Source: Flavobacteriaceae bacterium
GTDB taxonomy: Bacteria > Bacteroidota > Bacteroidia > Flavobacteriales > Flavobacteriaceae
Assembly (NCBI GenBank): GCA_016649745.1
Contig: JAENXD010000001.1
Span: 1 to 48,340 of the forward strand
Direction: 5' to 3'
Length of the DNA stretch: 48,340 bases
A program made the position numbers and the translations under genes. A model generated the notes under the pieces. That model ran no database searches, was not told the origin of the DNA, and worked only from the letters and a program-made list of their open reading frames with translations. Of the stretch, positions 1 to 9,750 are shown piece after piece; the stretch's first letter is position 1, and the number at the start of each line of letters is the position of its first letter.

Positions 1-171
1 AAATTAGATTCTAAAGCGCCTTCTGCACCTTTAAGTGAATTTATGTATACAGAAACTAGATTTACCAGAGTTGTAAAAGAAAATGCTGAATTGGGGAAAG
101 AACTATTAGATAAAGCCCAAGAACAAGTAGATGTTCAATGGGAAAGATTGGAACTTTATAAAAATTTATAA
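1..171 (+). CDS. nifJ: 3' end of pyruvate:ferredoxin/flavodoxin oxidoreductase (partial)
   Basis: Frame 1 reads KLDSKAPSAPLSEFMYTETRFTRVVKENAELGKELLDKAQEQVDVQWERLELYKNL*, resembling the PFOR C-terminus (LDSKxP...ExRF...AQ). Confidence 0.7.
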   Translation, partial: KLDSKAPSAPLSEFMYTETRFTRVVKENAELGKELLDKAQEQVDVQWERLELYKNL

Positions 172-187
172 TTTGAATTAGTATTAG

Positions 188-219
188 AGTGTCAGGTAGG
201 TTTTGCCTGACACTTTTTT
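188..219 (+). terminator. Rho-independent terminator
   Basis: AGTGTCAGG / CCTGACACT stem followed by a T-run, just after the stop at 171. Confidence 0.85.
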
Positions 220-337
220 ATATCTTTATTACTATTATAAATATTATAAATGATTAATTTTTATAAAAATAAGGAGGTTATAAGGATCAATAATTTTTTA
301 TTTTCTTTAGTATCACTTAAATAAAAAATATAAAACA

Positions 338-712
338 ATGAAATCAAGATCAGAAGCTTTTTTTAAAGAAGCATCAAAAAAGTTAAAATCGGCAAAAGAG
401 GAATTATTTAAACCAGCCGAAGATATTGTTAGTTATTCAGTATGTAAAAACGCTCAGTTTGCTATTGAAAACTTTCTTAAAGGGTATTTAACCAAAAACA
501 ATATCGAATTGCATCAAAACGAAACTATCGCGTCTTTGTACGATAAATGTGTAAGTATTGACAAAAATTTTGCATCCATTGATTTAAGTGCAATCGGATG
601 TAAAAATCATGCCATTGATTCACGTTATTGCTCGGAAATTAGTTCGGTTAGTGCATGTTTTGATACAGCAGATAATATTGATACGTATTTAAGAAAAAAC
701 AAAATTGTTTAA
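338..712 (+). CDS. Stand-alone HEPN-like domain protein
   Basis: 124 aa helical protein with AQFAIENFLKGYL, resembling the HEPN 'aqqAvEkxLKAxL' motif. Confidence 0.65.
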   Translation: MKSRSEAFFKEASKKLKSAKEELFKPAEDIVSYSVCKNAQFAIENFLKGYLTKNNIELHQNETIASLYDKCVSIDKNFASIDLSAIGCKNHAIDSRYCSEISSVSACFDTADNIDTYLRKNKIV

Positions 713-732
713 AAAAGGGCGCTTTTTTACGT

Positions 733-762
733 TTGAGAAAGCAAAAACTTACTGTACATTTG
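733..762 (+). promoter_or_regulatory. Bacteroidota housekeeping promoter (-33/-7)
   Basis: TTG (733-735), 19-nt spacer, TACATTTG (755-762) upstream of the ATG at 779. Confidence 0.75.
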
Positions 763-778
763 TGTAAAATAAATTTCA

Positions 779-1960
779 ATGAATTATATTTTATTTGATG
801 GTACAGTTCGCAAATCATTATTGCCATTAACCTACACAAAACCCGTTGCCGAATTACGAATAGGAATTCTTACCATTCGTGAAAAATGGGAAACATATTT
901 GGGCTTTACGACAACCACACTTACTGAAGACTATTTGGAAGAAAAATTTCCAATGGTTGAAATGGAGCAGAATGTCATGATAAATGCTTCCTTTTTACCA
1001 ACACTTTCCCTTGCGGAAAAAATAATGAAGTTAAAAGAAAATCAGGCTATTTTTAAGGAGGAAGAAGTCATTGCCTTTTTTACAACAGATTCACAAGAAG
1101 AAGTTGATTTTGACAACTATGAGCAAATTGAATTTGAATCGGAAGTGCTTCAAATTAAAAATACTTGGGAGTTATTTTCATTTAATGGTATAGCATTAAA
1201 AGCTGATTTCGATTTAATTACGGATGGAAGAAAATCGCAACCAATTCCTGAAGGTGTTCGTTTTGTAAATAAGGAAAATATCTTTATTGAAGAAGGCGCG
1301 GAAATTTTATTTTCAGTTTTAAATGCGAGTAAAGGACCTATTTATATTGGTAAAGATGCGTTGGTAATGGAGGGCAGCTTAATTCGTGGACCTTTTGCCA
1401 TGGGTGAACATTCAGTGGTAAAAATGGGTGCTAAAATTTATGGAGCCACCACTATCGGTCCGTTTTGCACTGTTGGCGGTGAAGTAAATAATTCTATTTT
1501 GTCTGGTTATTCAAATAAAGGACACGACGGATTTTTAGGCAATTCAGTATTGGGTGAATGGTGTAATATTGGTGCCGACTCAAACAATTCAAACTTAAAA
1601 AATAATTACAGTGAAGTTCGTTTATGGAATTATGAAACTGAAAATTTTGCAAAAACCGGATTGCAATTTTGCGGTTTAATTATGGGTGACCATTCTAAAT
1701 GTGCCATTAACACGATGTTTAATACAGGAACCGTTGTGGGCGTAAGTGCAAATATTTATGGAAGCAATTTTCCGAGAAATTTTATTCCTTCTTTTAGCTG
1801 GGGTGGAGCTGCAGGCTTTTCAACGTACCAACTCGATAAAGTTAATGAAACTGTTTCGCTGGTGATGAAAAGGAGAGGAGTGGATTTTGATGAAAAAGAA
1901 ATGCGTATTTTAGAGTATGTTTTTGCTATAACTGAAAAGTATAGAAATTCTTTTGATTAA
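779..1960 (+). CDS. GlmU-family sugar-phosphate nucleotidyl/acetyltransferase (Bacteroidota type)
   Basis: LLPLTYTKPVAELRIGILTIREKW N-terminus and hexapeptide-repeat region (NKGHDGFLGNSVLGEWCNIGA). Confidence 0.85.
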   Translation: MNYILFDGTVRKSLLPLTYTKPVAELRIGILTIREKWETYLGFTTTTLTEDYLEEKFPMVEMEQNVMINASFLPTLSLAEKIMKLKENQAIFKEEEVIAFFTTDSQEEVDFDNYEQIEFESEVLQIKNTWELFSFNGIALKADFDLITDGRKSQPIPEGVRFVNKENIFIEEGAEILFSVLNASKGPIYIGKDALVMEGSLIRGPFAMGEHSVVKMGAKIYGATTIGPFCTVGGEVNNSILSGYSNKGHDGFLGNSVLGEWCNIGADSNNSNLKNNYSEVRLWNYETENFAKTGLQFCGLIMGDHSKCAINTMFNTGTVVGVSANIYGSNFPRNFIPSFSWGGAAGFSTYQLDKVNETVSLVMKRRGVDFDEKEMRILEYVFAITEKYRNSFD

Positions 1961-1962
1961 AT

Positions 1963-1992
1963 AAAAAAGCCCGTTTTAAAATGGGCTTTTTT
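1963..1992. terminator. Bidirectional terminator
   Basis: AAAAAAGCCCGTTTT / AAAATGGGCTTTTTT between convergent genes. Confidence 0.85.
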
Positions 1993-2019
1993 ATGGATAG
2001 AAAAATAATAAATTATCCT

Positions 2020-2886
2020 TTAATTTGTTCTTTCTTGAATTTCATTAGAAAACACTTCTATTTTTTTTAGTTTGATTACAGGTTTAGTATGGTGTATTTC
2101 CTTTTTAAATTCTTTTAAAAGTAATTGTTGTAACAAATCTTCAGGTATAATTTTTTCTAAAAAAAGCAGAAATCGATTTATCCTTTTTGGGATAATAATG
2201 TTTTTCTTTTGAAACATTTTAGTGATGGTATAATTGGCAAGTTCACTTGGAGAAATTTTTGTAAGATTGCCAAAAACGCCATGTGATTTGATTCTGTTAA
2301 AAGTACCTTTGTTTGTTTCAACGCCATTGGGACAAACAACGCTTACTGAAATTGAGGTTTCTTTTAACTCATCATTTATAGATGTAGAGAAAGAAACTAC
2401 AAATGCTTTTGAAGCCGCATATACGCTTTTATAAGGAATAGCATAATAGGCTGACAAACTGCCAATATTTAGAATATAGGAAGAGGGAGATTTTTTTAAA
2501 TCAGGAATAAACAGTCTTGTCATTAAAACCAATGCTCTTATATTAAGTTGAATTCGATCATTGCTATAATCCAAAGTAGAGTTTTCAAAAATGGTTGTGC
2601 CTGCCATTCCGGCATTATTCACTAAAATATTTATGAGGTATCCTTCTTGTTTACACCATTTATAAATATTTTCAGGACCATCAGTTTTGGTTAAATCTGT
2701 TTCAAAAAAGTCTGACTTAACTTCAAATTTTTGAGCAATTTCTTGTGAAGTTTTATATAGATCTTCATCTGGCAATGCAACTAATAAAATATTCATTTTT
2801 CGAGATGCACACTCCATGGCTATTGCCTTTCCAATACCTTTTGAACCGCCAGTAATTAAAGCATAATTTTCATTTTTCATAATCAT
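2020..2886 (-). CDS. Classical SDR-family NAD(P)-dependent oxidoreductase
   Basis: TGGSKGIG, LVNNAG and YAASK (YxxxK) motifs; ATGA overlap with the upstream gene's stop. Confidence 0.9.
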   Translation of the reverse strand: MIMKNENYALITGGSKGIGKAIAMECASRKMNILLVALPDEDLYKTSQEIAQKFEVKSDFFETDLTKTDGPENIYKWCKQEGYLINILVNNAGMAGTTIFENSTLDYSNDRIQLNIRALVLMTRLFIPDLKKSPSSYILNIGSLSAYYAIPYKSVYAASKAFVVSFSTSINDELKETSISVSVVCPNGVETNKGTFNRIKSHGVFGNLTKISPSELANYTITKMFQKKNIIIPKRINRFLLFLEKIIPEDLLQQLLLKEFKKEIHHTKPVIKLKKIEVFSNEIQERTN

Positions 2887-3866
2887 TTTTTTTTATTAAA
2901 CCATTGTAATGTTTGTATAGCCCCCGTTTCAAAAGGAGTAATTGAATAACCTAATTCGTTAATGGCTTTTTGAGATGAAACTTCCCAGCTATAACTAAAT
3001 TTTTTAATTAATGAAGGGGTCATAGCTGGAGGAATATTAAAAATTTTTGAAAATAAAAGCATAATTTCAGCCATTAGGGAAATTAAAACGAATGGAATTT
3101 TTAACATAAAATATTTTTTTCCAGTGATTTTTCTCAAAATTGAAAACAACTCAATGTAATTTAAATCTGTACCTCCTAATAAATACTTTTCACCATTTTT
3201 GCCAAATTCCATTGCTAAAATATGTCCATTAACTACATCATCAATAAAAACATAATTACCAATGCTTCTGCCATCTCCTGGTATAAAGCGCCATTTTCCA
3301 TCTGTATAAGCTTGCATCATTATGGTAACACTATTACTTTTCGACAATAATCCCGGACCATAAACACGGGTTGGATTAACGATAGTGATCTCCATATTAT
3401 TTTTTGAATATGACTTTATTAATTCTTCAGCCTTGGCTTTTGATTTTTCATATTCTAAAAAATAATCAATTTTACGTACAGAATTTTCATCCACTTTTTC
3501 AGTTATAGATGGACCGAAAATTCCTGCAGTTGAAGTGAAAATCACTTTTTTAATCCCTAATTTCAAAGCTGCATCCAATACGTTTTTTGTGCCGTTGACA
3601 TTTAGTTCATATACAGTATTTTCATTCTTTGACCAAATTTTGGTAAATGCAGCAACATGATATACATATTTACATCCTTCCATTGCTTTTTCTAAGGAAT
3701 TAATATCCATAATATCACCATTGAAAAGTTTAATATTTGGATGTTTCAGCATTTTTTTCTTTTCTTCGGAACGATACAATGCATGAATAGTTTGCCCTGA
3801 TTCTGCTAGCCTATTAACTAGATGAACTCCAATAAATCCAGTTGATCCTGTAATAAAAACGCTCAT
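2883..3866 (-). CDS. Extended SDR, NAD-dependent epimerase/dehydratase (DFR / 3beta-HSD / HpnA-like)
   Basis: ITGSTGFIG, HVAA, YEKSK and VNPTRVYGPG motifs; start reassigned to ATG 3866 (MSVFITG). Confidence 0.88.
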   Translation of the reverse strand: MSVFITGSTGFIGVHLVNRLAESGQTIHALYRSEEKKKMLKHPNIKLFNGDIMDINSLEKAMEGCKYVYHVAAFTKIWSKNENTVYELNVNGTKNVLDAALKLGIKKVIFTSTAGIFGPSITEKVDENSVRKIDYFLEYEKSKAKAEELIKSYSKNNMEITIVNPTRVYGPGLLSKSNSVTIMMQAYTDGKWRFIPGDGRSIGNYVFIDDVVNGHILAMEFGKNGEKYLLGGTDLNYIELFSILRKITGKKYFMLKIPFVLISLMAEIMLLFSKIFNIPPAMTPSLIKKFSYSWEVSSQKAINELGYSITPFETGAIQTLQWFNKKK

Positions 3867-3871
3867 TATAA

Positions 3872-4600
3872 TTAACTTTTTTTTCGAACTAGATGAATAT
3901 CTGGATGTATGGTTAAAGTAAGCCATTCATTAGACAATGCCATGGTAATATGTATGAGTAATGCTGCAAATATATTTCCTGATTGTAATGTGAGCAAACA
4001 TAAAACAAACCCTAAAGGAATTGCGCCAATGGCTTCTTTCCTTCCTTTTGGAACATGTATAAGTGAATAAATTACAACATTAATAATTATGGCTGGCCAT
4101 GTTCCAAAAGCATAAAAACAAGTATATAAAAAATAGCCTCTAAACAAGAATTCATAAGCACATAAATAGGCAATCCAGCCCAATGCGCTAAAAATTAATA
4201 ACTGTACATCCCATTCCTTTTTTCTAATTTGCGGGTATAATTTTAAGTTGTCTGATGTTGCTTTATTAATATAATTTATAATTATAGTTAGTAGGCATAA
4301 AAGTAAAATCCAGCCAATATTTGTATGAATATTTTTGAAGTTTAGACCAAATTCAATAATTTTAATATTTTTATTAAATACGATTATTAAAAAAGGAATA
4401 ATTCCATAAATAAAAATTGCAAATAGGCGATTGAATGTTGTTTGGAATACAGAATAATTTTCGATACCAAATTTTCCAATAAAATATTTTTGAATTTTTA
4501 ATGAAGTAGAAATAAAATGAAAAATCATGAAACTTAATATTACATATAGAAATGCAAGGATGAATTTTTGGTATTCAAAATGTAAAAAAAAATTATCCAT
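3872..4600 (-). CDS. CPBP-family (CAAX/Abi) intramembrane glutamic protease
   Basis: Multi-TM protein with YEFLFRG, YSLIH and LIHITMALSNE motifs. Confidence 0.8.
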   Translation of the reverse strand: MDNFFLHFEYQKFILAFLYVILSFMIFHFISTSLKIQKYFIGKFGIENYSVFQTTFNRLFAIFIYGIIPFLIIVFNKNIKIIEFGLNFKNIHTNIGWILLLCLLTIIINYINKATSDNLKLYPQIRKKEWDVQLLIFSALGWIAYLCAYEFLFRGYFLYTCFYAFGTWPAIIINVVIYSLIHVPKGRKEAIGAIPLGFVLCLLTLQSGNIFAALLIHITMALSNEWLTLTIHPDIHLVRKKS

Positions 4601-4862
4601 AAGTTAAGAATCATATATATTTTCGATAGAAACACAACATTAAAGATAAATATTTTTTTTAATTTTTCAATACGTAACAACAAATTTAGGAGAAGTGTTA
4701 ATTTTATAATTATAAATGTAAGTTTACATTGTTGGATTTAGTGTGATAAGCATCAGTTTATTTTTGGAATTTTAATGATGAATATTAGTTGCTTATAATT
4801 ACTGTTGTAGAGTAAGTAATTAAGTGTCATTGATTTTTTTAAGGATAAATTTTTCAAAAAAT

Positions 4863-4906
4863 AAGGTATTTCGGTATATTCATAAGAGAATATTCCAAAA
4901 TACCTT
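4863..4906. terminator. Hairpin downstream of the M1 peptidase, possible terminator
   Basis: AAGGTATTT...AAATACCTT inverted repeat with an inner ATATTC/GAATAT pair. Confidence 0.4.
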
Positions 4907-4959
4907 GATGTTATTAATAATTAAATTTGGTTATGTATTTTAAACAGGCATAATTTTCA

Positions 4960-7218
4960 TTATCCTTTAATTTGTTTTTTCTTGAATTTTTCAAATTTGG
5001 TCTCCGTATTTTTAGGCCAACTGTTGTTGCTTAAATTGATATCGGCAGTTTGCTCATCGGGATCAATGGTTATTTTTTTGATTGCTTTGCTCGAAGGAAA
5101 AACTTTAGTGACTTCAGCATCATTCTTTCTCCAAATTTCTGCAGGATATTGTTTGCGTTCTTTTGTTCCGTCTTCGTATTCAAATTCAACAATAATTGGC
5201 ATCACCAAATCTCCCGGTTTTTCAAAAACCAATTCGTAAAAATATTTAGGAGCTTTTAATTCGGCTTTTTCTTCCGAAGAAAAATTTTCATTGATATAAT
5301 CGCTCAACAAATTGTAATCTTCCGGTTTTTTCGATTTTAAATCATTTTTAAATTCCGGACTGTCTTCAGAAACCAAATACAGCGCAGGAGGAAATTTATC
5401 AACTGTAGTTCCATATCTTTTTGCCATATTTTCGGCACGCTCGGTTGGTTTGTCTGTCACATAATATTTTTTCACTTCTTTGATGCCGATATCATTGGCA
5501 CCGGTTGTGTAAAACCAGCCTCTCCAAAACCAATCTAAATCCATTGCAGAGGCATCTTCCATTGTTCTGAAAAAATCTGCAGGTGTTGGATGCTTAAATT
5601 TCCACCGTTGTGCATAGGTTTTAAATGCGTAGTCGAATAATTCAGGTCCCATAATTACTTGTCGGAGCATATACAATCCGGCAGCAGGTTTTGCATACGC
5701 ATTGTTTGAAAAATCAAAAATGTGATCTCCCTGGGTCATAATAGGTGCTATTTTTGACTGATCTCCTTTCATATAGCCCACAATATTTTTAGGCAAACCT
5801 CTGCTAAGCGGGTATCCTTTTTCATAATCCATTTGTGCCAGCATTTGCACAAAAGAATTTAAGCCTTCATCCATCCAGGTCCATTGGCGCTCATCAGAAT
5901 TAACAATCATTGGGAAAAAATTATGTCCCACTTCATGAATAATAACCCCTAACATTCTGTATTTTATATAATCGGTATAAGTTCCATCGGGATTGGGACG
6001 GCCACGATTGAAACATATCTGTGGATATTCCATCCCTTGGTCTTTTGCGTGAACTGAAATGGCTTTGTGGTAAGGATAATCGAAAGTAAACCTTGAATAC
6101 GTTTTTAAGGTGCTTGCGACTGCTTTGGTTGAATGTTGTTCCCATAAAGGGTTTCCTTCTTTTGGATAATAAGAATAAGCCATTACGGTTCTTCCGTTGA
6201 TATCTACTGCCATTCCGTCCCAAATATATTTTCTTGAGGAAGCAAAAGCAAAATCCCTAACATTTTCAGCATAAAAATGCCAGGTTTTGGTTTCTTTGGA
6301 TTTTTCCTTTTCTGTTTCTTCAGCTTCTTTTTGCGTGACTATAATTACAGGGTTCTCAAATGATTTTTTTGCAAGTTCCAGTCTGTTTAACTGCAATTTT
6401 GAAAGCACTTCTTCAGGATTTTTTAGGACTCCGGTTGCAGCCAAAATATGATCTTTTGGCGTGGTAATATTCACTTCAAAATCTCCAAATTCCAAGGCAA
6501 ACTCACTTCTTCCCCAAAATTGCAGGTTTTGCCAGCCGTCAACATTGTCGTAAACAGCAAGTCTTGGGTAAAACTGCGCAATAGTATAGTCATTATTGCC
6601 ATCGGGAAAATGTTCAAAACCTGATCTTCCTCCCTGTTCAACGTGATTGTTAATGTTATACCACCATTTTATTTTAAACGAATATTTTTCTCCGGAAGCC
6701 AATGGTTTTTTTAAATCCAAGCGCATCATAGTTTGGTTGATGAAGTAAGAAGCATCGCTGCCATCAATATTTTTTACATATTCAATTTTGAAACCGCCAT
6801 CAAAAGGGGCTTTAATAAAATTTTTATAAAATTCAGCAGGAGTGTATAAATCACTTGTTGCAGTTTCTTGAATGTCTGGCGTTTTTGAATTGGCTGCACG
6901 TATATTTTGATCTAACTGAATCCATAAATAGGTTAAATCATCTTTGGAATTGTTATGATAGGTAATAGTTTCTTCGCCATAAATGCGGTTCTTTTCCTCA
7001 TCTAGAACGACATCAATTTTATAATCTACCTGTTGCTGGGTGTATTCATGACCTGGAGCGCCAGTTGCTTTGTGTTCATTGTTTGGAGTTGGTAATTCTT
7101 GATCTATTTGTTTGAATTTACTGATATTATAATGTGCATTCTGACCATTGGTTTTTTGGGCTGAAGCAGGAAGAATCACTGTCAGTAAAAATAAAGGAAT
7201 AAGTAGTAATTTTTTCAT
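4960..7218 (-). CDS. M1-family zinc aminopeptidase, secreted (paralog A)
   Basis: Signal peptide, GMEYP, HEVGH-x18-E (HEVGHNFFPMIVNSDERQWTWMDEG). Confidence 0.92.
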   Translation of the reverse strand: MKKLLLIPLFLLTVILPASAQKTNGQNAHYNISKFKQIDQELPTPNNEHKATGAPGHEYTQQQVDYKIDVVLDEEKNRIYGEETITYHNNSKDDLTYLWIQLDQNIRAANSKTPDIQETATSDLYTPAEFYKNFIKAPFDGGFKIEYVKNIDGSDASYFINQTMMRLDLKKPLASGEKYSFKIKWWYNINNHVEQGGRSGFEHFPDGNNDYTIAQFYPRLAVYDNVDGWQNLQFWGRSEFALEFGDFEVNITTPKDHILAATGVLKNPEEVLSKLQLNRLELAKKSFENPVIIVTQKEAEETEKEKSKETKTWHFYAENVRDFAFASSRKYIWDGMAVDINGRTVMAYSYYPKEGNPLWEQHSTKAVASTLKTYSRFTFDYPYHKAISVHAKDQGMEYPQICFNRGRPNPDGTYTDYIKYRMLGVIIHEVGHNFFPMIVNSDERQWTWMDEGLNSFVQMLAQMDYEKGYPLSRGLPKNIVGYMKGDQSKIAPIMTQGDHIFDFSNNAYAKPAAGLYMLRQVIMGPELFDYAFKTYAQRWKFKHPTPADFFRTMEDASAMDLDWFWRGWFYTTGANDIGIKEVKKYYVTDKPTERAENMAKRYGTTVDKFPPALYLVSEDSPEFKNDLKSKKPEDYNLLSDYINENFSSEEKAELKAPKYFYELVFEKPGDLVMPIIVEFEYEDGTKERKQYPAEIWRKNDAEVTKVFPSSKAIKKITIDPDEQTADINLSNNSWPKNTETKFEKFKKKQIKG

Positions 7219-7255
7219 GAATCAAATATTTTAAATAAAAAACAAATAATGGATA

Positions 7256-7416
7256 AAAAAGAGGCTGTTTGAAAAGTCTTGAAAACCGTCATTCTGAACT
7301 TGCCTGTCCGGTAGGCAGGCTTGTTTCAGAATCTCATCTTACTGATTCTCAATTATTATGAGAACCTGAAACAGGTTCAGGTTGACGAAAATTTACTTTT
7401 TAGACAGCCTCTTTTT
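7256..7416. repeat. Triple-nested palindromic element (outer inverted repeat, REP-like doublet, 17-bp insert)
   Basis: Outer AAAAAGAGGCTGTTTGAAAAGT / ACTTTTTAGACAGCCTCTTTTT. Inner GTCATTCTGAA..TTCAGAATC and GAACCTGAAACAGGTTCAGGTTGAC. CCTGTCCGGTAGGCAGG flanked by CTTG direct repeats. Confidence 0.85.
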
Positions 7417-7417
7417 A

Positions 7418-9685
7418 TTATGATTTAATTTGGTCTTTTTTGAATTTATCGAATTTATTTTCTGTTTTTTTTGGCCAGCTGTTGTTACTTAAATTGATAT
7501 CGGCAGATTGCTCATCGGGATCAATGGTTATTTTTGTGATTGCTTTGCTCGAAGGAAAAACTTTGGTGACTTCCGCATCATTCAACCGCCATATTTCTGC
7601 AGGATATTGTTTTCGTTCTGTAGTGCCGTCTTCATATTCAAATTCAACAATAATTGGCATTACCAAATCTCCCGGTTTTTCAAAAACCAATTCGTAAAAA
7701 TATTTAGGAGCTTTTAATTCGGCTTTTTCTTCCGAAGAAAAATTTTCATTGATATAATCGCTCAACAAATTGTAATCTTCCGGTTTTTTAGATTTTAAAT
7801 CATTTGTAAATTCCGGACTGTCTTCAGAAACCAAATACAGCGCAGGAGGAAATTTATCAACTGTAGTTCCATATCGTTTTGCCATATTTTCAACACGCTC
7901 GGTTGGTTTGTCTGTCACATAATATTTTTTTACTTCTTTTATGCCAATATCATTGGCACCGGTTGTGTAAAACCAGCCTCTCCAAAACCAGTCTAAATCC
8001 ATTGCAGAAGCATCTTCCATCGTTCTGAAAAAATCGGCTGGCGTTGGGTGTTTAAATTTCCAGCGTTCAGCATAAGTTTTAAAAGCGTGGTCAAATAATT
8101 CATGTCCCATAACGGTTTCTCTCAATATAAATAAACCCGCTGCAGGTTTTCCATAGGCGTTTGATCCAAAGTTTGTTAAATCTTCACCTTGTGACATAAT
8201 TGGCTCTAAACCGCTTTGATCGCCAGCCATATATCTCACAATACTTTTAGGCTGGTCGGTTAAAGGGAAAAGTAAAGGATCATATTTATATTCTGCATAA
8301 ATTTCCACAAATGAATTTATTCCTTCATCCATCCAAGTCCAAGTGCGCTCATCAGAATTCACTATCATAGGGAAAAAATTATGCCCAACTTCGTGTGTGA
8401 TAACGCCAATCATTCCCGATTTTGTTCTGTCAGTATAAGTTCCGTCTTCATTAGGTCGACCGCCATTCCAACAAATCATAGGATATTCCATTCCCTGTCG
8501 TTGTGCATTGATGGAAGTTGCTTGTGGATAAGGATAATCAAAAGTAAATTTGGAGTAAGTTTTTAGGGTATTTGCAACCACTCTTGTTGAATGTTCTTCC
8601 CAAAGCGGATTTCCTTCCTTGGGATATAGAGAATAAGCCATTACTGTTTTTCCGTTAAAGTCCACGGCCATAGCATCCCATATAAATTTTCTTGAGGAAG
8701 AAAAAGCGAAATCTCTAACGTTTTCAGCGTAAAAATGCCAGGTTTTAGTTTCTTTGGATCTTCCTTTTTCAGCTTCCAATGCTTCTTCTGGCGTTACAAT
8801 AAAAACCGGATTGTCAAATGAATTTTTGGCAGCCTCATATCTCTTATATTGGACGGTAGTAAAAACATCCTTCGGATTTTGAAGAACGCCTGTTGCGTTT
8901 AAAATATGATCTTTTGGCGTGGTGATGGTCACATCATAATTTCCAAATTCCAAAGCAAATTCACTTCGTCCTGTAAATTGCAAATTTTGCCATCCTTCTA
9001 CATTATTATACACGGCCAAACGTGGAAAAAATTGCGCAATTACATATAAATTATTTCCGTCAGGGAAGGGTTCATATCCGGAACGCCCCCGATCAGCAAT
9101 ATAATCGTTGACATTGTACCACCATTTTATTTTAAATACATACGCTTCACCGGAAGCCAACGGTTTTGGTAAATTGATGCGCATCATAGTATGGTTAATC
9201 ATATAACTTACCTCTTTTTCGTTAACATCTTTTATAAATTCAATGTTAAAGCCTCCTTGAAAAGGTTTTCCCATAAATGTTTTGGTAAATTTTGCCGGTG
9301 CATACATTATATCGGGTCCGCCACCGCTAATTTCAGGAGTCAGTGAATTTGGGGCGCGCATATTTTGGTCTAACTGAACCCATAAATAGTCTAAATTATC
9401 TTTGGAATTGTTGTGATAAGTGATGGTTTCTTCCCCAAATATTTTTTGATTCTCATCATCTAAAACAATGTTCATTTTATAATCAACTTGCTGCTGCGTA
9501 TATTCATGACCCACTGCGCCGGAAGCTCTATGTTCATTGTTTGGCGTAGGCAATTCTTCATGCAATTGCTTAAATTTACTGATGTTGTAATGTGCTTTTT
9601 GAGACACTGTTTTTTCCTCAACTTCTTGGGCAAAAAATGATGTAGAGAAAATAGCCAATAGCATTGCGACTAATAATTTTTTCAT
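7418..9685 (-). CDS. M1-family zinc aminopeptidase, secreted (paralog B)
   Basis: Signal peptide, GMEYP, HEVGHNFFPMIVNSDERTWTWMDEG; colinear with 4960-7218. Confidence 0.92.
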   Translation of the reverse strand: MKKLLVAMLLAIFSTSFFAQEVEEKTVSQKAHYNISKFKQLHEELPTPNNEHRASGAVGHEYTQQQVDYKMNIVLDDENQKIFGEETITYHNNSKDNLDYLWVQLDQNMRAPNSLTPEISGGGPDIMYAPAKFTKTFMGKPFQGGFNIEFIKDVNEKEVSYMINHTMMRINLPKPLASGEAYVFKIKWWYNVNDYIADRGRSGYEPFPDGNNLYVIAQFFPRLAVYNNVEGWQNLQFTGRSEFALEFGNYDVTITTPKDHILNATGVLQNPKDVFTTVQYKRYEAAKNSFDNPVFIVTPEEALEAEKGRSKETKTWHFYAENVRDFAFSSSRKFIWDAMAVDFNGKTVMAYSLYPKEGNPLWEEHSTRVVANTLKTYSKFTFDYPYPQATSINAQRQGMEYPMICWNGGRPNEDGTYTDRTKSGMIGVITHEVGHNFFPMIVNSDERTWTWMDEGINSFVEIYAEYKYDPLLFPLTDQPKSIVRYMAGDQSGLEPIMSQGEDLTNFGSNAYGKPAAGLFILRETVMGHELFDHAFKTYAERWKFKHPTPADFFRTMEDASAMDLDWFWRGWFYTTGANDIGIKEVKKYYVTDKPTERVENMAKRYGTTVDKFPPALYLVSEDSPEFTNDLKSKKPEDYNLLSDYINENFSSEEKAELKAPKYFYELVFEKPGDLVMPIIVEFEYEDGTTERKQYPAEIWRLNDAEVTKVFPSSKAITKITIDPDEQSADINLSNNSWPKKTENKFDKFKKDQIKS

Positions 9686-9750
9686 TTTATAGGTTTGTTT
9701 TAGATAGATGGTACAAATTAATTATTTTTAACAGGATTGTAAATTTATCA

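Noticed and set aside
338-1960. HEPN-MNT toxin-antitoxin pair
   Set aside because: The neighbour is a GlmU-like enzyme with its own promoter, not an MNT, and the HEPN lacks RxxxxH.
3872-4600. Abortive-infection defence gene
   Set aside because: The 'Abi' label of CPBP proteins is historical, and nothing in the context suggests phage defence.
4982-7717. Duplicated plus-strand small ORFs (4982, 5050, 7440, 7508)
   Set aside because: Antisense shadows of the near-identical M1 peptidase 3' ends.
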